The notes under the pieces: generated by a model
Told to the model about the DNA's origin: nothing
The model's input: only the letters and a program-made list of their open reading frames with translations
Databases searched by the model: none
Position numbers and translations under genes: made by a program
Origin: Leptolyngbyaceae cyanobacterium
GTDB lineage: Bacteria; Cyanobacteriota; Cyanobacteriia; Phormidesmidales; Phormidesmidaceae
Assembly (NCBI GenBank): GCA_965263355.1
Contig: CBDHHL010000056.1
Span: forward strand, 448,001 to 512,000
Reading direction: 5' to 3'
DNA length: 64,000 nt
Part shown: positions 7,796 to 17,966 of the stretch, piece after piece
Numbering within the stretch: the stretch's first letter is position 1
Layout of the letters: each line of letters starts with the position of its first letter

Positions 7796-10633
7796 ATGAC
7801 TGTGAGCGCATCACCAAAATCCGCTAATTGGCCCAAGCTGGCCCTCATGCTGATAGTGATGTGCGCCCGACCCGGCCTTGCACAAACTGCGCCCACGATA
7901 TCCCTAAATAGCGCGCCCACCGTAAATCAGCCTTCTCGGAACGCTACTGATTGGAGTGTGACGTTGCTGATCGTCTTGATTACTGTGCTTATTTTGCTTC
8001 TGGGCATGGGGCTGGTTATGCTCTGGGTGATGAAGCGGGCTGTGGAAACTGAAGTTACTAAGAAAGTTACTGATAATGTCCTTGGTCAACTGAGGGAAAT
8101 AGAAAATCTGGAGCATAAAATCGAGGCTGCCACCCGCAGGATTGACGGTATTTTGGGGGAAGCAGATGATCGAGCGAACGAACTGGTTGAACGCTCCAGT
8201 AGTTTTCAGCGGGATTTGACTACACAGCGCAATAGTTTAACTAAGCTCTTAGCCGATGTTACTGATTTAAAAGCTAAAACCGTTAGAGACCTGCAAACTG
8301 AGCTAGATACTGCCCGCCAGTCCTTAGGCACTGGTCAAAATGAATTTATTCAAGAGCTAGACTCCCTTAAGCAAACCGTCATCCAACAGCTACAAACTCT
8401 GCAAGCCGATACCCGCCGTCAGCAGCAATCTGTCTTTCAGGGGTTAGACAGTGCCCAAGCCACACTGGATAACCATCTGGCTAGCCTTAAAGCTACGGCT
8501 GACCATCGCCAGGGCATTTTTCTCGATGAGTTAGAACGCAAAGAATCGATCTTTTCTGATGAAATTGGAACGCTGCAGACCGATACCATCGAACAGCGCG
8601 ATCGCTGGTTAGAAAAGCTGGCAGAACTGGAAAAAAACATTGGTCCCCAGCTAGAAGATCTGCGTAAATCGATGAAAACCCAGCTGGAACAGCAGCGGGA
8701 TAGCATCATCACAGAAATGCGACAGGATAAAGGGAAATTTGCTGAGGAAATGCAGCAGAGCCGTGGAGAATTTACCCAACAGCTTAACGAGATGCAGGCT
8801 AATGCCCTGGGGCATAAAGAATTGGCCCTGCAAACCATTGAGCGCTCTGTGGATGATCTGCAACAGACTTTTCAACTGTTGCGTAACGATATTGAAGGGC
8901 GTAAAGCTGACCTGATGCAGCAATTGCGCCAGTCAACCGACGATTTTTTGACCCAATTTGCCACCCTCAAAGTCGATGTAGAAGGTCGTAAGGGGGTGTT
9001 GTTAGGGGACATGGACCAGGTTGCCACCAACTTTAAGAATCAGCTTGATCGATTGCAGGGTGATTTGAGTCTAGAGCGGGACGAGTCTTTTCAGGCGTTG
9101 CAGCACATAGCCAATAGTTTTTCCAATCAGCTAAATCAATTACAAAGTGAAACTGGAGACCAGCAAACTCGTACCCTACAAACTATTGAAACCGCTGCCC
9201 GTGACTTTGACCGTCAGCTCACTGAGCTACAGTCAGGCATCACCCAGCAGCAGCAACAGTCTCTGCAAAGCCTGCAGCGCTTAGAGAGCGAGTTTACTCA
9301 ACAGCTAGGGGAAGTTCGCAATGTGGTCTTTGGCCGTCGCGACATTGTTATCGACAAGCTAGACAAGTTTGACGCCAATCTGGGAGAACAGATCACTGAA
9401 CTGTCCGAGGCCGCCCGTGGTCGTCAGCAGGAAGCTCAGCAACGCTTAGTGGTGATTGCCGAGCGATTTTCCACCACTCTAGATGACCTCAAGGCCAGGT
9501 TTGAAGGCGAACAATCTGCCACCACTGCTGATCTAGAGACCCTTAAACAAAGCTTTGCTGAACAATTAGACACCTTACAAACCGAGGCCAAAGGCCAAAA
9601 AGACCAGATCATGCGTCAGCTAGGGGAAGTGACTCCTGACTATGTAGCTGATTCATTTATGGATACAGCCCAGACTCAGCTCCAGAGCTTGACCGACCGG
9701 CTATCACGGCTGCAGGCCAACCGACCCGAGCTATTTGAAACCATTGACGAACTGGTAGCCGAGGCCGAGGCCCAGATGGAGGCAAACAGCTTAGAAGACG
9801 CTATCATTACCTACGATCGAGCCCTGGCAATTCAACCTAGTAATGCAGAGCTGTGGTTAGCTCGCAGCAAGCCCCTCAGTCAGCTCAAGCGTCGGGATGA
9901 AGCCCTAGCAGCATTGCAAAAGGTGATTGACCTGGAACCCCAGCGCAAAGAAGCCTGGTATCAACGCGGTTTAGTTTTACGGGAACTGCGTCGCTATGAT
10001 GATGCCCTCAGCACCTTTGAACGGGTCATTGAGTTAGACGATAGTGACCCCAGGGCCTGGTTAAACAAAGGTATGGCACTTAGCCGTCTGAAACAGCGAG
10101 AAAAAGCAATTATTTCGTTTGATAAGGCCATTGCCCTTAACCCCACTTACCATGAAGCCTGGGTCAATCGCGGCGTAGCCTACGGTATTTTGCAACAGCC
10201 CGAGGAAGCGTTTAAGTCCTTTGATAAGGCGGTGAAGATTCAGGAAAATGATGGGGTGGCCTGGCTAAATCGGGGTCTAGCACTGCTAGATTTAGAACGC
10301 TTTGAGGATGCGGTCCCCTCATTCGAACAGGCAACGCGGTTTAAGCCAGACTTAGTAAAGGCCTGGGATAATCGGGGTTTAGCCCTAGTGAAGTTAGGCC
10401 GAGATCGGGATGCACTTAAGAGTTTTGAAAAAGCGCTAGAACTGAATCCAGGCTACGCAAAGACTTACTACAATCGGGCTGTTTGTTATGCGCTACAGCG
10501 GGAAACAGATAAATCCTTAGAGAACTTGCAGAAAGCGGTGCAGATCGATCCGCGTTACAAAGAAGAAGCTCAAGCAGATGAGAGTTTCGAAGATATTTGG
10601 CAGGACAGTTGGTTTAAGGAATTGGTGGCGTAG
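7796..10633 (+). CDS. Membrane-anchored long coiled-coil protein with C-terminal TPR array
   Basis: Signal-like N-terminus, TM helix, about 550 aa coiled coil, about 8 TPRs (AWxNRG...A...FDKA). Confidence 0.9.
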   Translation: MTVSASPKSANWPKLALMLIVMCARPGLAQTAPTISLNSAPTVNQPSRNATDWSVTLLIVLITVLILLLGMGLVMLWVMKRAVETEVTKKVTDNVLGQLREIENLEHKIEAATRRIDGILGEADDRANELVERSSSFQRDLTTQRNSLTKLLADVTDLKAKTVRDLQTELDTARQSLGTGQNEFIQELDSLKQTVIQQLQTLQADTRRQQQSVFQGLDSAQATLDNHLASLKATADHRQGIFLDELERKESIFSDEIGTLQTDTIEQRDRWLEKLAELEKNIGPQLEDLRKSMKTQLEQQRDSIITEMRQDKGKFAEEMQQSRGEFTQQLNEMQANALGHKELALQTIERSVDDLQQTFQLLRNDIEGRKADLMQQLRQSTDDFLTQFATLKVDVEGRKGVLLGDMDQVATNFKNQLDRLQGDLSLERDESFQALQHIANSFSNQLNQLQSETGDQQTRTLQTIETAARDFDRQLTELQSGITQQQQQSLQSLQRLESEFTQQLGEVRNVVFGRRDIVIDKLDKFDANLGEQITELSEAARGRQQEAQQRLVVIAERFSTTLDDLKARFEGEQSATTADLETLKQSFAEQLDTLQTEAKGQKDQIMRQLGEVTPDYVADSFMDTAQTQLQSLTDRLSRLQANRPELFETIDELVAEAEAQMEANSLEDAIITYDRALAIQPSNAELWLARSKPLSQLKRRDEALAALQKVIDLEPQRKEAWYQRGLVLRELRRYDDALSTFERVIELDDSDPRAWLNKGMALSRLKQREKAIISFDKAIALNPTYHEAWVNRGVAYGILQQPEEAFKSFDKAVKIQENDGVAWLNRGLALLDLERFEDAVPSFEQATRFKPDLVKAWDNRGLALVKLGRDRDALKSFEKALELNPGYAKTYYNRAVCYALQRETDKSLENLQKAVQIDPRYKEEAQADESFEDIWQDSWFKELVA

Positions 10634-10718
10634 GTGTCCCTCACACGCGTAAACAAATTGAGGAACTGGGTACGCTGTCATCAAGTCTTAATGTTCTAAC
10701 GAACCGCACCCTAATCCC

Positions 10719-11114
10719 ATGGCTAACCGCTTAAATATCCGAGATACCAACACCTTGGGCGATGATGGTCCCGTTTTGGTATTAGACTTTTTAACCGAAC
10801 AAATTACGGTGCGGGAGCTAATCCGCAGTCGCGTTTATCAGGAAGTCAAAGACTTTAATACACAGCAACCAGAATTCTTCAAAGGTCTGGTACAACCCAC
10901 TGAAACGGAACAAACCTTAAATGGTTACAAACTGCGCAAACCACGCAAAATCAACTGGGAAGAGCAGTTTGAAAAAGCACTCACAGCCTTTCAAAGCAAT
11001 GGCTTTATCATTTTGGTAGATGACGAACAGGTCACAGAACTGGATCAGGAGATTACCATTGTCCCCAATACATCAGTTTCCTTTATGAAACTGGTACCCC
11101 TGGTGGGAGGTTAA
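10719..11114 (+). CDS. Uncharacterised protein with ubiquitin/MoaD-like C-terminus (VPLVGG)
   Basis: C-terminal ILVDDEQV..LDQEI....SVSFMKLVPLVGG; stop is 2 nt before the DUF4132 start. Confidence 0.8.
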   Translation: MANRLNIRDTNTLGDDGPVLVLDFLTEQITVRELIRSRVYQEVKDFNTQQPEFFKGLVQPTETEQTLNGYKLRKPRKINWEEQFEKALTAFQSNGFIILVDDEQVTELDQEITIVPNTSVSFMKLVPLVGG

Positions 11115-11116
11115 CC

Positions 11117-13615
11117 ATGGCCTACGACGATCTGATTCAAGCCATTCTCCAAGAATATAAGGAAAATGACAATCATTACTCCTATAACTTCAGGGAGTCT
11201 GGAACTTGGGTAGAGATTACTAAGTTGAGTCGAACAGAGCAGGTTAAGTTAGCTATTGCCATGGTGCAAGCTTATCGGCACTTTATGGAACGCTGTATTC
11301 AAGCTGATGAGAGGGGGATGTATCGCAGTGCCAGCAACATTTTGAACGTTTTGCGGCTAATTTTGAATCGTAAATTGCCCTTTGCCGTAGAGCATGTGAT
11401 TGAATTTTTAGAAGCCTGTCGATATGAGCGATCGCAAAGCTGGACTTGGCCCCCTCTGATCAAAAAGTTGGTACGCGATTATCTCAAAGACCATGAACTA
11501 ACCCCTGAATTACAAACAGCGATCGAAACAACTAGCGACAATTGGGAGCAAGGTTACGGTGACATTCGCAAAGCTGCCAGCCAACTGCGGATGTTTATTG
11601 CGACTGAAACCAAGACCCTGGTAATTCTCCCAGGAGAAGCCTGGTCTGATGTAGCAAAACAAACCATTGAATCATTGCCTGAGGCAGAAAAATCTGCCTG
11701 GATCCAGCTAATTGAAGCCTGTTCCACAGTTTCGGGGGGCAAGCCTACCGCTAAATGGCTCAAGCTTACGAATCCCCTGCGAAAGGCCATTGATGTAGAC
11801 CAATTCCAGCAACAGCTACTGTCGTGGTTTGCACTGATGGACCAACCCTGTACGCAGTCCTTGCCCCGCAGTGATGACAATATCATTCAAGACCAAAATG
11901 CTGACATTCTCAAAGGGTTAGTATGGCTTTGTGCTGACCAAACAGATGTGGAGCTGACCCGTGCGCTAGGGAGACTAGCGGTCTCAGCCTATCGCAAGAT
12001 TCCAGGTATTGGTCCCCGTTGTGTGAAACTGGGCAATGCTTGCGTTTGGACCTTGGGCCAAATGCCCACGACAGATGCCATCGGTCAGCTGGCATTACTA
12101 AAGGTGAAGGTAAAATTTGGGACTGCCCAAAAGGGAATTGAAAAGTCACTGACAGCAGCGGCTGAGCGGGAAGGGTTACCGCGAGAAGAAATTGAAGAAT
12201 TGGCCGTGCCCACCTATGGGTTGAGTAAGGTGGGTATGCGGCGTGAATCTCTGGGAGAGTTTACGGCTGAGCTGGTGGTAACTGGCACCAGTAGTACACT
12301 ATTGCGATGGATTAAACCTGATGGCAAAGTACAAAAGTCGATACCTAAGACAGTTAAGGATAACTATGGTGACGATCTAAAGGAACTGAAACAGGCGGCA
12401 AAAGATATTCAAAAAATGCTGCCTGCCCAGAGAGATCGGATGGAAGCATTTTATCTACAACAAAAGACGTGGGATTTTTTAACTTGGCAGGAGCGGTATG
12501 TCAATCATCCATTGGTCGGTACTTTGGCCAGACGAATTCTCTGGCAATTTGAGGATAAAGAGAACCACACCGTTGGCATTTGGTTTGAGGGAAATTTGGT
12601 CAATCAAGAAGGGCAAACTATTGACTGGCTAACGGATGAGACTCGGGTGAGTCTGTGGCATCCGATCACGGCGATAACTGAGACCATTCAGACCTGGCGG
12701 GAGTGGTTGGTTACCCATGAGATTCAGCAGCCATTTAAGCAGGCTCATCGAGAAATTTATTTGCTCACTGCCGCTGAAGAGAATACCCGTGTGTATTCCA
12801 ATCGGTTTGCCGCGCACATTATCAAACAGCATCAGTTTAATGCGCTATGTGGGCAACGGGGCTGGAAGAATCAATTGAGACTGATGGTGGATGATTCTTA
12901 CGAACCGGCGCGGTTGCTGTTGCCCAAGTGGGATTTGCGGGCAGAGTTTTGGATTGAGGGAATTGGGGATGGCTATGGTACGGATACTACAGAGGCAGGT
13001 AGTTATCTTTATTTAGCAACGGATCAGGTGCGGTTTTATTCTATCGATGCGGCGAGTAATTATGCCCATGCGGGCGGGGGAGGCTATGACTACTACGGTG
13101 GTATAACAGCAGAGCCGATTCCATTAGAGCAAATTCCTGCACTGGTTTTAACCGAAGTGTTGCGGGATGTGGATTTGTTTGTGGGGGTGGCCAGTGTGGG
13201 GAATGACCCGAACTGGACCGATGGGGGCGCTGAGGGACGGCGACAGTATTATGACTACTGGCATGATTATTCGTTTGGGGAGCTGTCTGCAACGGCGCAG
13301 ACACGCAGACAGGTGTTAGAAAATTTGGTGCCAAAGTTAAAGAAGATTACCAGCCGCTGTTCGTTTCAGGAGCGATTTTTGGTGGTACGGGGGGATATCC
13401 GCACCTATAAAATTCACTTGGGTAGCGGGAATATTTTGATGGAGCCAAATGATCAGTATTTATGTATTGTGCGGGCAGGGAAGAGTGCGGCGGATAAGGT
13501 ATTTTTGCCATTTGAGGGGGATAAGACCCTGGCATTAATTTTGAGCAAAGCCTTTTTGTTAGCAGACGACACAAAAATCACAGACGAGACGATTTTAAGC
13601 CAGATTCACGCGTAG
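11117..13615 (+). CDS. DUF4132 domain protein
   Basis: W...YVNHPLV..LARRILW, SLWHP, QPFKQAHREIY, SNRFAAH, EVLRDVDLFV, YKIHLGSGNI. Confidence 0.9.
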   Translation: MAYDDLIQAILQEYKENDNHYSYNFRESGTWVEITKLSRTEQVKLAIAMVQAYRHFMERCIQADERGMYRSASNILNVLRLILNRKLPFAVEHVIEFLEACRYERSQSWTWPPLIKKLVRDYLKDHELTPELQTAIETTSDNWEQGYGDIRKAASQLRMFIATETKTLVILPGEAWSDVAKQTIESLPEAEKSAWIQLIEACSTVSGGKPTAKWLKLTNPLRKAIDVDQFQQQLLSWFALMDQPCTQSLPRSDDNIIQDQNADILKGLVWLCADQTDVELTRALGRLAVSAYRKIPGIGPRCVKLGNACVWTLGQMPTTDAIGQLALLKVKVKFGTAQKGIEKSLTAAAEREGLPREEIEELAVPTYGLSKVGMRRESLGEFTAELVVTGTSSTLLRWIKPDGKVQKSIPKTVKDNYGDDLKELKQAAKDIQKMLPAQRDRMEAFYLQQKTWDFLTWQERYVNHPLVGTLARRILWQFEDKENHTVGIWFEGNLVNQEGQTIDWLTDETRVSLWHPITAITETIQTWREWLVTHEIQQPFKQAHREIYLLTAAEENTRVYSNRFAAHIIKQHQFNALCGQRGWKNQLRLMVDDSYEPARLLLPKWDLRAEFWIEGIGDGYGTDTTEAGSYLYLATDQVRFYSIDAASNYAHAGGGGYDYYGGITAEPIPLEQIPALVLTEVLRDVDLFVGVASVGNDPNWTDGGAEGRRQYYDYWHDYSFGELSATAQTRRQVLENLVPKLKKITSRCSFQERFLVVRGDIRTYKIHLGSGNILMEPNDQYLCIVRAGKSAADKVFLPFEGDKTLALILSKAFLLADDTKITDETILSQIHA

Positions 13616-13632
13616 GTTGGGTTTGAATCTCC

Positions 13633-15144
13633 TCAACCGACATATTTTGCGATTTTACGATCTCTCAAACCCAACAATCGACACCCATCGCCCCATCGCC
13701 CGAACCCAAAATTGACATTCATCACCATGTTGCCGAAAAGAAACGGTGGGTAAATATAGAGATCGGTCAATGGTATAGATATTGGCAAGGATTTACCCAC
13801 CCTACGAGGGACATTCTCTCGAACCCAACACATGTTGCCGAAAAGAAACGGTGGGTAAATATAGAGATCGGTCAATGGTATAGATATTGGCAAGGATTTA
13901 CCCACCCTACGAGGGACATTCTCTCGAACCCAACAATCGATGGCACAACTATTCCCTGCCCACACTGCTGCTAACTCCAGCATCCACTCCGCCGACCAAA
14001 ACCGTACTGTCCCATCTGCACTGCTACTCATTAAAGCATTTCCGTCATGATCAAACGCTAAATCCCAAACAGCCATCTTGTGCCCCTTTAAAGTTTGCAC
14101 TAACTGATGAGTCTTCACATCCCATAGCTTCACTGTGTGATCATAGCTACCACTCGCTATTGTACGTCCATCCGGACTAAATGCGACCGAGTACACGGCC
14201 CGGTCATGGCCCATAAACATACAGGTGGGCTTAAAATTCTGTAGATCCCAGGAAATAACCATCTTATCCTGACTGCCGCTGATAAACATGGTGCCATCCG
14301 GGCTAAATGCTAAATCCCACACCGTTCTTTTATGGCCATGGAGTGTGATTAGCTTTCTCTCACTCTGAAGATCCCACACATGGATCATACCGCGCCGATC
14401 ACCCCCGACCACCGTCTTACCGTCCGGGCTAATGGCTACCGATGTAATCCCATAGGGATGCGCAAACCGATGTAACAACTCTCCAGACAGCACATCCCAA
14501 ACGATGATAGTCTTGTCAAAGCTACCGCTGACCAACAGGTTGCCATCTTCACTAATGATCAGGGATTTCACATCATCGGTATGGCCCGCCAAGTCATGAA
14601 ACAGTTGTTTTGTCATTAAGTTCCATATGCGGATGTGATTATCCCAACTACCGCTCGCCAGTAACTTACCGCTGGGGGCCAGGGCAACATCTTCAACCGC
14701 ATCAGTATGGGCCTGATGGGATTGCAATAACTCTCCAGAGACTGAATTCCAAACGGACACTGTGCCATCGAAGTGTCCTGTGACAAACATCTGACTTTTG
14801 GAATGCGCTGCGCTGGCATAGGTTACGGCATCGATGGCAAACGCCTGTCTTGATCCAAACCGATTATCAAAACTAAAGGATGCCTGGGCATCAGCCACCC
14901 CCTCAGCAACATTGAGCGTACCCATACGGGTAGCTATGGGTGGAGCAACCATGTCTACTGCGATCGCAACACAAGCTGCGGCTAAACTGATCACCCCAAA
15001 CGTTTCAACAATAGAAGACTTCTTTTTGCGAGTTTTTTTAACGTTAGATATTTGACGCTGATTAAATTGAGTTTTTCTACCGTCAAATGTTGAATGAAAT
15101 AAGCTCCTTTGCTGAGAATTGGTAGATTTTGGTGTGACGATCAT
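13633..15144 (-). CDS. WD40 repeat protein; C-terminus extended by repeat-derived sequence (start ATG 15144 or GTG 15204)
   Basis: About 7 GH...WD repeats (LASGSWD, IASGSYDHTVKLWD) after an N-terminal hydrophobic segment. Confidence 0.85.
   Translation of the reverse strand: MIVTPKSTNSQQRSLFHSTFDGRKTQFNQRQISNVKKTRKKKSSIVETFGVISLAAACVAIAVDMVAPPIATRMGTLNVAEGVADAQASFSFDNRFGSRQAFAIDAVTYASAAHSKSQMFVTGHFDGTVSVWNSVSGELLQSHQAHTDAVEDVALAPSGKLLASGSWDNHIRIWNLMTKQLFHDLAGHTDDVKSLIISEDGNLLVSGSFDKTIIVWDVLSGELLHRFAHPYGITSVAISPDGKTVVGGDRRGMIHVWDLQSERKLITLHGHKRTVWDLAFSPDGTMFISGSQDKMVISWDLQNFKPTCMFMGHDRAVYSVAFSPDGRTIASGSYDHTVKLWDVKTHQLVQTLKGHKMAVWDLAFDHDGNALMSSSADGTVRFWSAEWMLELAAVWAGNSCAIDCWVRENVPRRVGKSLPISIPLTDLYIYPPFLFGNMCWVRENVPRRVGKSLPISIPLTDLYIYPPFLFGNMVMNVNFGFGRWGDGCRLLGLRDRKIAKYVG
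13726..13935. repeat. Perfect 105-bp tandem duplication containing a REP-like inverted repeat
   Basis: 13726-13830 equals 13831-13935; each copy has GGTGGGTAAAT...ATTTACCCACCCTAC. Confidence 0.95.
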
Positions 15145-15269
15145 GGTTTCAACTATTGCACTACAGCAAACTCCAACGAAAGCCCTGCCCAGCAAACTAG
15201 ACACGGCAATTCTCAGTGATGGATACCATCAATTGACGAGGTCATCCAAAAGTGTTCAAAAAGCAAAAC

Positions 15270-15809
15270 CTAATTAGAGCGAGCGTTGACTTTAACCAGC
15301 TCTTGCTGAAACTCTGCCCCTTTGCGAATCAAAAACAAAACTGTAATACCAATAATGCCAATGGCAGCAACAGGCGTAACCATTGTCCACTGACCTGCCA
15401 TTTTATTAATGACATGCCAAGTTAATAGAAACATAGCTGCATAGGTCAATCTATGGAGGCGTTTCCAATTTTTCTTGAGTCGCTTTATACTCCAGTCATT
15501 TGAAGTGACTGTTAGGAGCGTAAAAATGATCAGCGTTGACAAACCCTCAGCACTGGCTTGATAGGTATTAAAATCAAAAAAGTCAAAATTGCGCTTGCGA
15601 ATTACAAAATAGGTATGACCAACTGCTAGCACAAATGCCAAAATGCCAATAGCTCGTCGCTGTTTTAGTAGCCAGCGTACGGCCTTGTGGGATTTGAACG
15701 CAGGGAAGATAACACGAACGATTGTAGGTATCAAAGTGGCGATATAGGCAGCCAATGCCAAAAACCCCAAGTGGTTTCCAAGAGGCACAGACTCAAACGA
15801 TAGACGCAT
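15270..15809 (-). CDS. Ferric-reductase-like transmembrane protein (MsrQ/YedZ family)
   Basis: RRAIGILAF...H, TSND...WKRLHRLTY...H heme-ligand pattern. Confidence 0.85.
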   Translation of the reverse strand: MRLSFESVPLGNHLGFLALAAYIATLIPTIVRVIFPAFKSHKAVRWLLKQRRAIGILAFVLAVGHTYFVIRKRNFDFFDFNTYQASAEGLSTLIIFTLLTVTSNDWSIKRLKKNWKRLHRLTYAAMFLLTWHVINKMAGQWTMVTPVAAIGIIGITVLFLIRKGAEFQQELVKVNARSN

Positions 15810-15924
15810 TTCAGGAAAAGCACTAATCGAGCAACGATTGATTAAAAAACTAACGTAAAGGCCGGGAAATCATGCAGTCTCAAAGGCAACTGCTCATGAA
15901 AAGTTAAGATACACCCTTTATCCC

Positions 15925-16005
15925 CGTTAGTAAGACACGGTTACATATAAAGTCCCCGATACGTTATCCCTTGAACAGGGGAACCGCCCAATGGTCTTAC
16001 TGACG
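15925..16005. other. Candidate structured RNA/DNA element upstream of the MsrQ-like gene
   Basis: 12-bp outer stem CGTTAGTAAGAC/GTCTTACTGACG enclosing CGGTT/AACCG, CCCC/GGGG and GATA/TATC stems. Confidence 0.35.
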
Positions 16006-16395
16006 TTTACATGTTAGAACAAAGTAAATTCACTTACTTATACGATCCGGATACTTTATGGAAAGTTCTTCGTTTGTCGATGAGTCGCTAAAGATTCAGT
16101 AGCTACCTAAAACAGCTGCTTGACTTTTCAAATTTTCGATATTAAAAATTCTGTCCATAACCTAGCCTGCATTATTCATGGCTCTACGCTAAAAACGCCT
16201 GAATCTTTTACCTTGCAAGCGATTTAGCGATTTCATGTTTTCGACAGTGTGTTTTTATACATGAAAGCTGAAACAGACTACTTATAAGGGTTAGGTCTTT
16301 CGCTAAAATCCTGGTGAATTATCCAGGCTAGGTAGCAGCAATGGCATTCTATTCATAGAAAAACACCCTAGGGCTACATTTTTAGTAACACAAAT

Positions 16396-16431
16396 TTCCC
16401 CCTATATTTGCATCATCAAATACAGGGGGAA
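16396..16431 (-). terminator. Hairpin, probable terminator of the kinase/regulator operon
   Basis: TTCCCCCTATATTTG-CATCAT-CAAATACAGGGGGAA. Confidence 0.6.
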
Positions 16432-16480
16432 GTATAAACAAAGCGTTTAATCAAGATTCGTAATGTGATGTCACTTCAAC

Positions 16481-17872
16481 CTAGGAAGATAGGGCTGGCT
16501 GATAAGACTTTTTTTTCGGGATTAGCCCTAAGGGCAGGGCTTTAAGCGCTTCTCCTGCCGAATCAAAGCGAAGATTGTAATTAGGATTCACCATACGCTC
16601 AAACAGTTTGACAATTTTAGGATCTGCTTTTACCAAATCTGTCAAGTTTTGCTGACCGCTCACTTTTACTAACCACGCAGGAGATTGTCCTGTCAATGAC
16701 TGTAGTAAAATCATACCGATGGAATAGACATCACTATTTAACTGGGGGTTCCCCACTCGCTGTTCAGCAGATTGATAGTCGTTATGCCTTAAAAGAGCTT
16801 GGCGATAGGTCAATGAATGGGACCGAAGGCCCACAAACATTCGCTTTAGTAAGCCATACTCTACCAAAACTATGCGGTTATCGGAGTGGCGACGAATAAA
16901 ACTTTGGGGAGTGCATTCACAGTGCACCATTTTTCCCTGATGAAACGGATGCACCGCACTCAGCAAGTTTTGGGTAAGCTGCAGAACATGTCCCATTGAT
17001 TGGGCATCTCCTAGTTCATCTGTCAAAGACGTACCGATAATGTGGGACTGAACCCAGTAAAATTTACCATCTTGCTCAAAAGAATCTAGGCACGTAGCAA
17101 TATCATCCTGTCGAGTAATCACCCTCAGAAAACTCATTTCTGAATTTAGAGCCTCTCGTACCAACGTGAGTAGGGCAGGGGTCTCGACTGGCAGATTAAA
17201 TACATTAATAATGACTGACTTGGATATTGGGGCTTTTAAGTCTTTTGCCAGTAAACGCTGCCCAAATAAACTGTTACTCAGCAACTCGCATACTTCATAA
17301 CGGCCATTTAAAGGACCATCAGAGGCCTTATTCAAGATTGGGGTTGAAGAAAACGCATCAATCTCTGCACCCGCAAACTCTGATATCTTACTTTCTAAAT
17401 GTTTGAACTTTAGAAGCCCAATCTCTGCTAAAGCATGCTTGGGTGACGTGCCCTGATTCACTAGGGGCAACGGCTCGTCAGAGGAGACATTACTAGCTGC
17501 GGACTCTGATACCCCCAACAATGCATTGACTTTACTAATCAGACGCTTCAGTACAATAGGCTTGGTGTCATAGTCGTTACAACCTACCTCTAATGCTGTT
17601 TTCCATGTACTTGAGTTGGTATTGGTGGTCAGCGCAATAATAGGAATATGGGCGGTCACAGCAGAGGCTTTAAGAATTTTGATCGACTGCCACCCACTCA
17701 TTATCGGCAGGTCTGTGCCCATGATAATCAGGTCGGGTTGTTGCTCAATGGCCATGGATACGCCCTTGTCACCATCGGTTGCAATCACCACATCATATCC
17801 ACAATGCTGCAGCCGTCGGTCCAACATTGTGCGATTTAATGCATTGTTTTCTACCAGTAAAACCTTAGGCAT
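16481..17872 (-). CDS. Receiver domain fused to a Ser/Thr kinase-like domain; both degenerate
   Basis: REC fold with DLIIMGT in place of DLILMD; kinase fold with HCECTPQS for HRDIKPxN and EYG for DFG; SDVYSIG retained. Confidence 0.85.
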   Translation of the reverse strand: MPKVLLVENNALNRTMLDRRLQHCGYDVVIATDGDKGVSMAIEQQPDLIIMGTDLPIMSGWQSIKILKASAVTAHIPIIALTTNTNSSTWKTALEVGCNDYDTKPIVLKRLISKVNALLGVSESAASNVSSDEPLPLVNQGTSPKHALAEIGLLKFKHLESKISEFAGAEIDAFSSTPILNKASDGPLNGRYEVCELLSNSLFGQRLLAKDLKAPISKSVIINVFNLPVETPALLTLVREALNSEMSFLRVITRQDDIATCLDSFEQDGKFYWVQSHIIGTSLTDELGDAQSMGHVLQLTQNLLSAVHPFHQGKMVHCECTPQSFIRRHSDNRIVLVEYGLLKRMFVGLRSHSLTYRQALLRHNDYQSAEQRVGNPQLNSDVYSIGMILLQSLTGQSPAWLVKVSGQQNLTDLVKADPKIVKLFERMVNPNYNLRFDSAGEALKALPLGLIPKKKSYQPALSS

Positions 17873-17966
17873 GGCAAATAATGTAGTGATAGACCAAAAT
17901 ATTTAACGATGTCATACGACCAGAACTAATTGTTTTTGAGCAGTAACGATACATATCTATATGAGC

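Noticed and set aside
13726..13935. CRISPR array
   Set aside because: Two identical 105-bp units with no unique spacers and no cas genes
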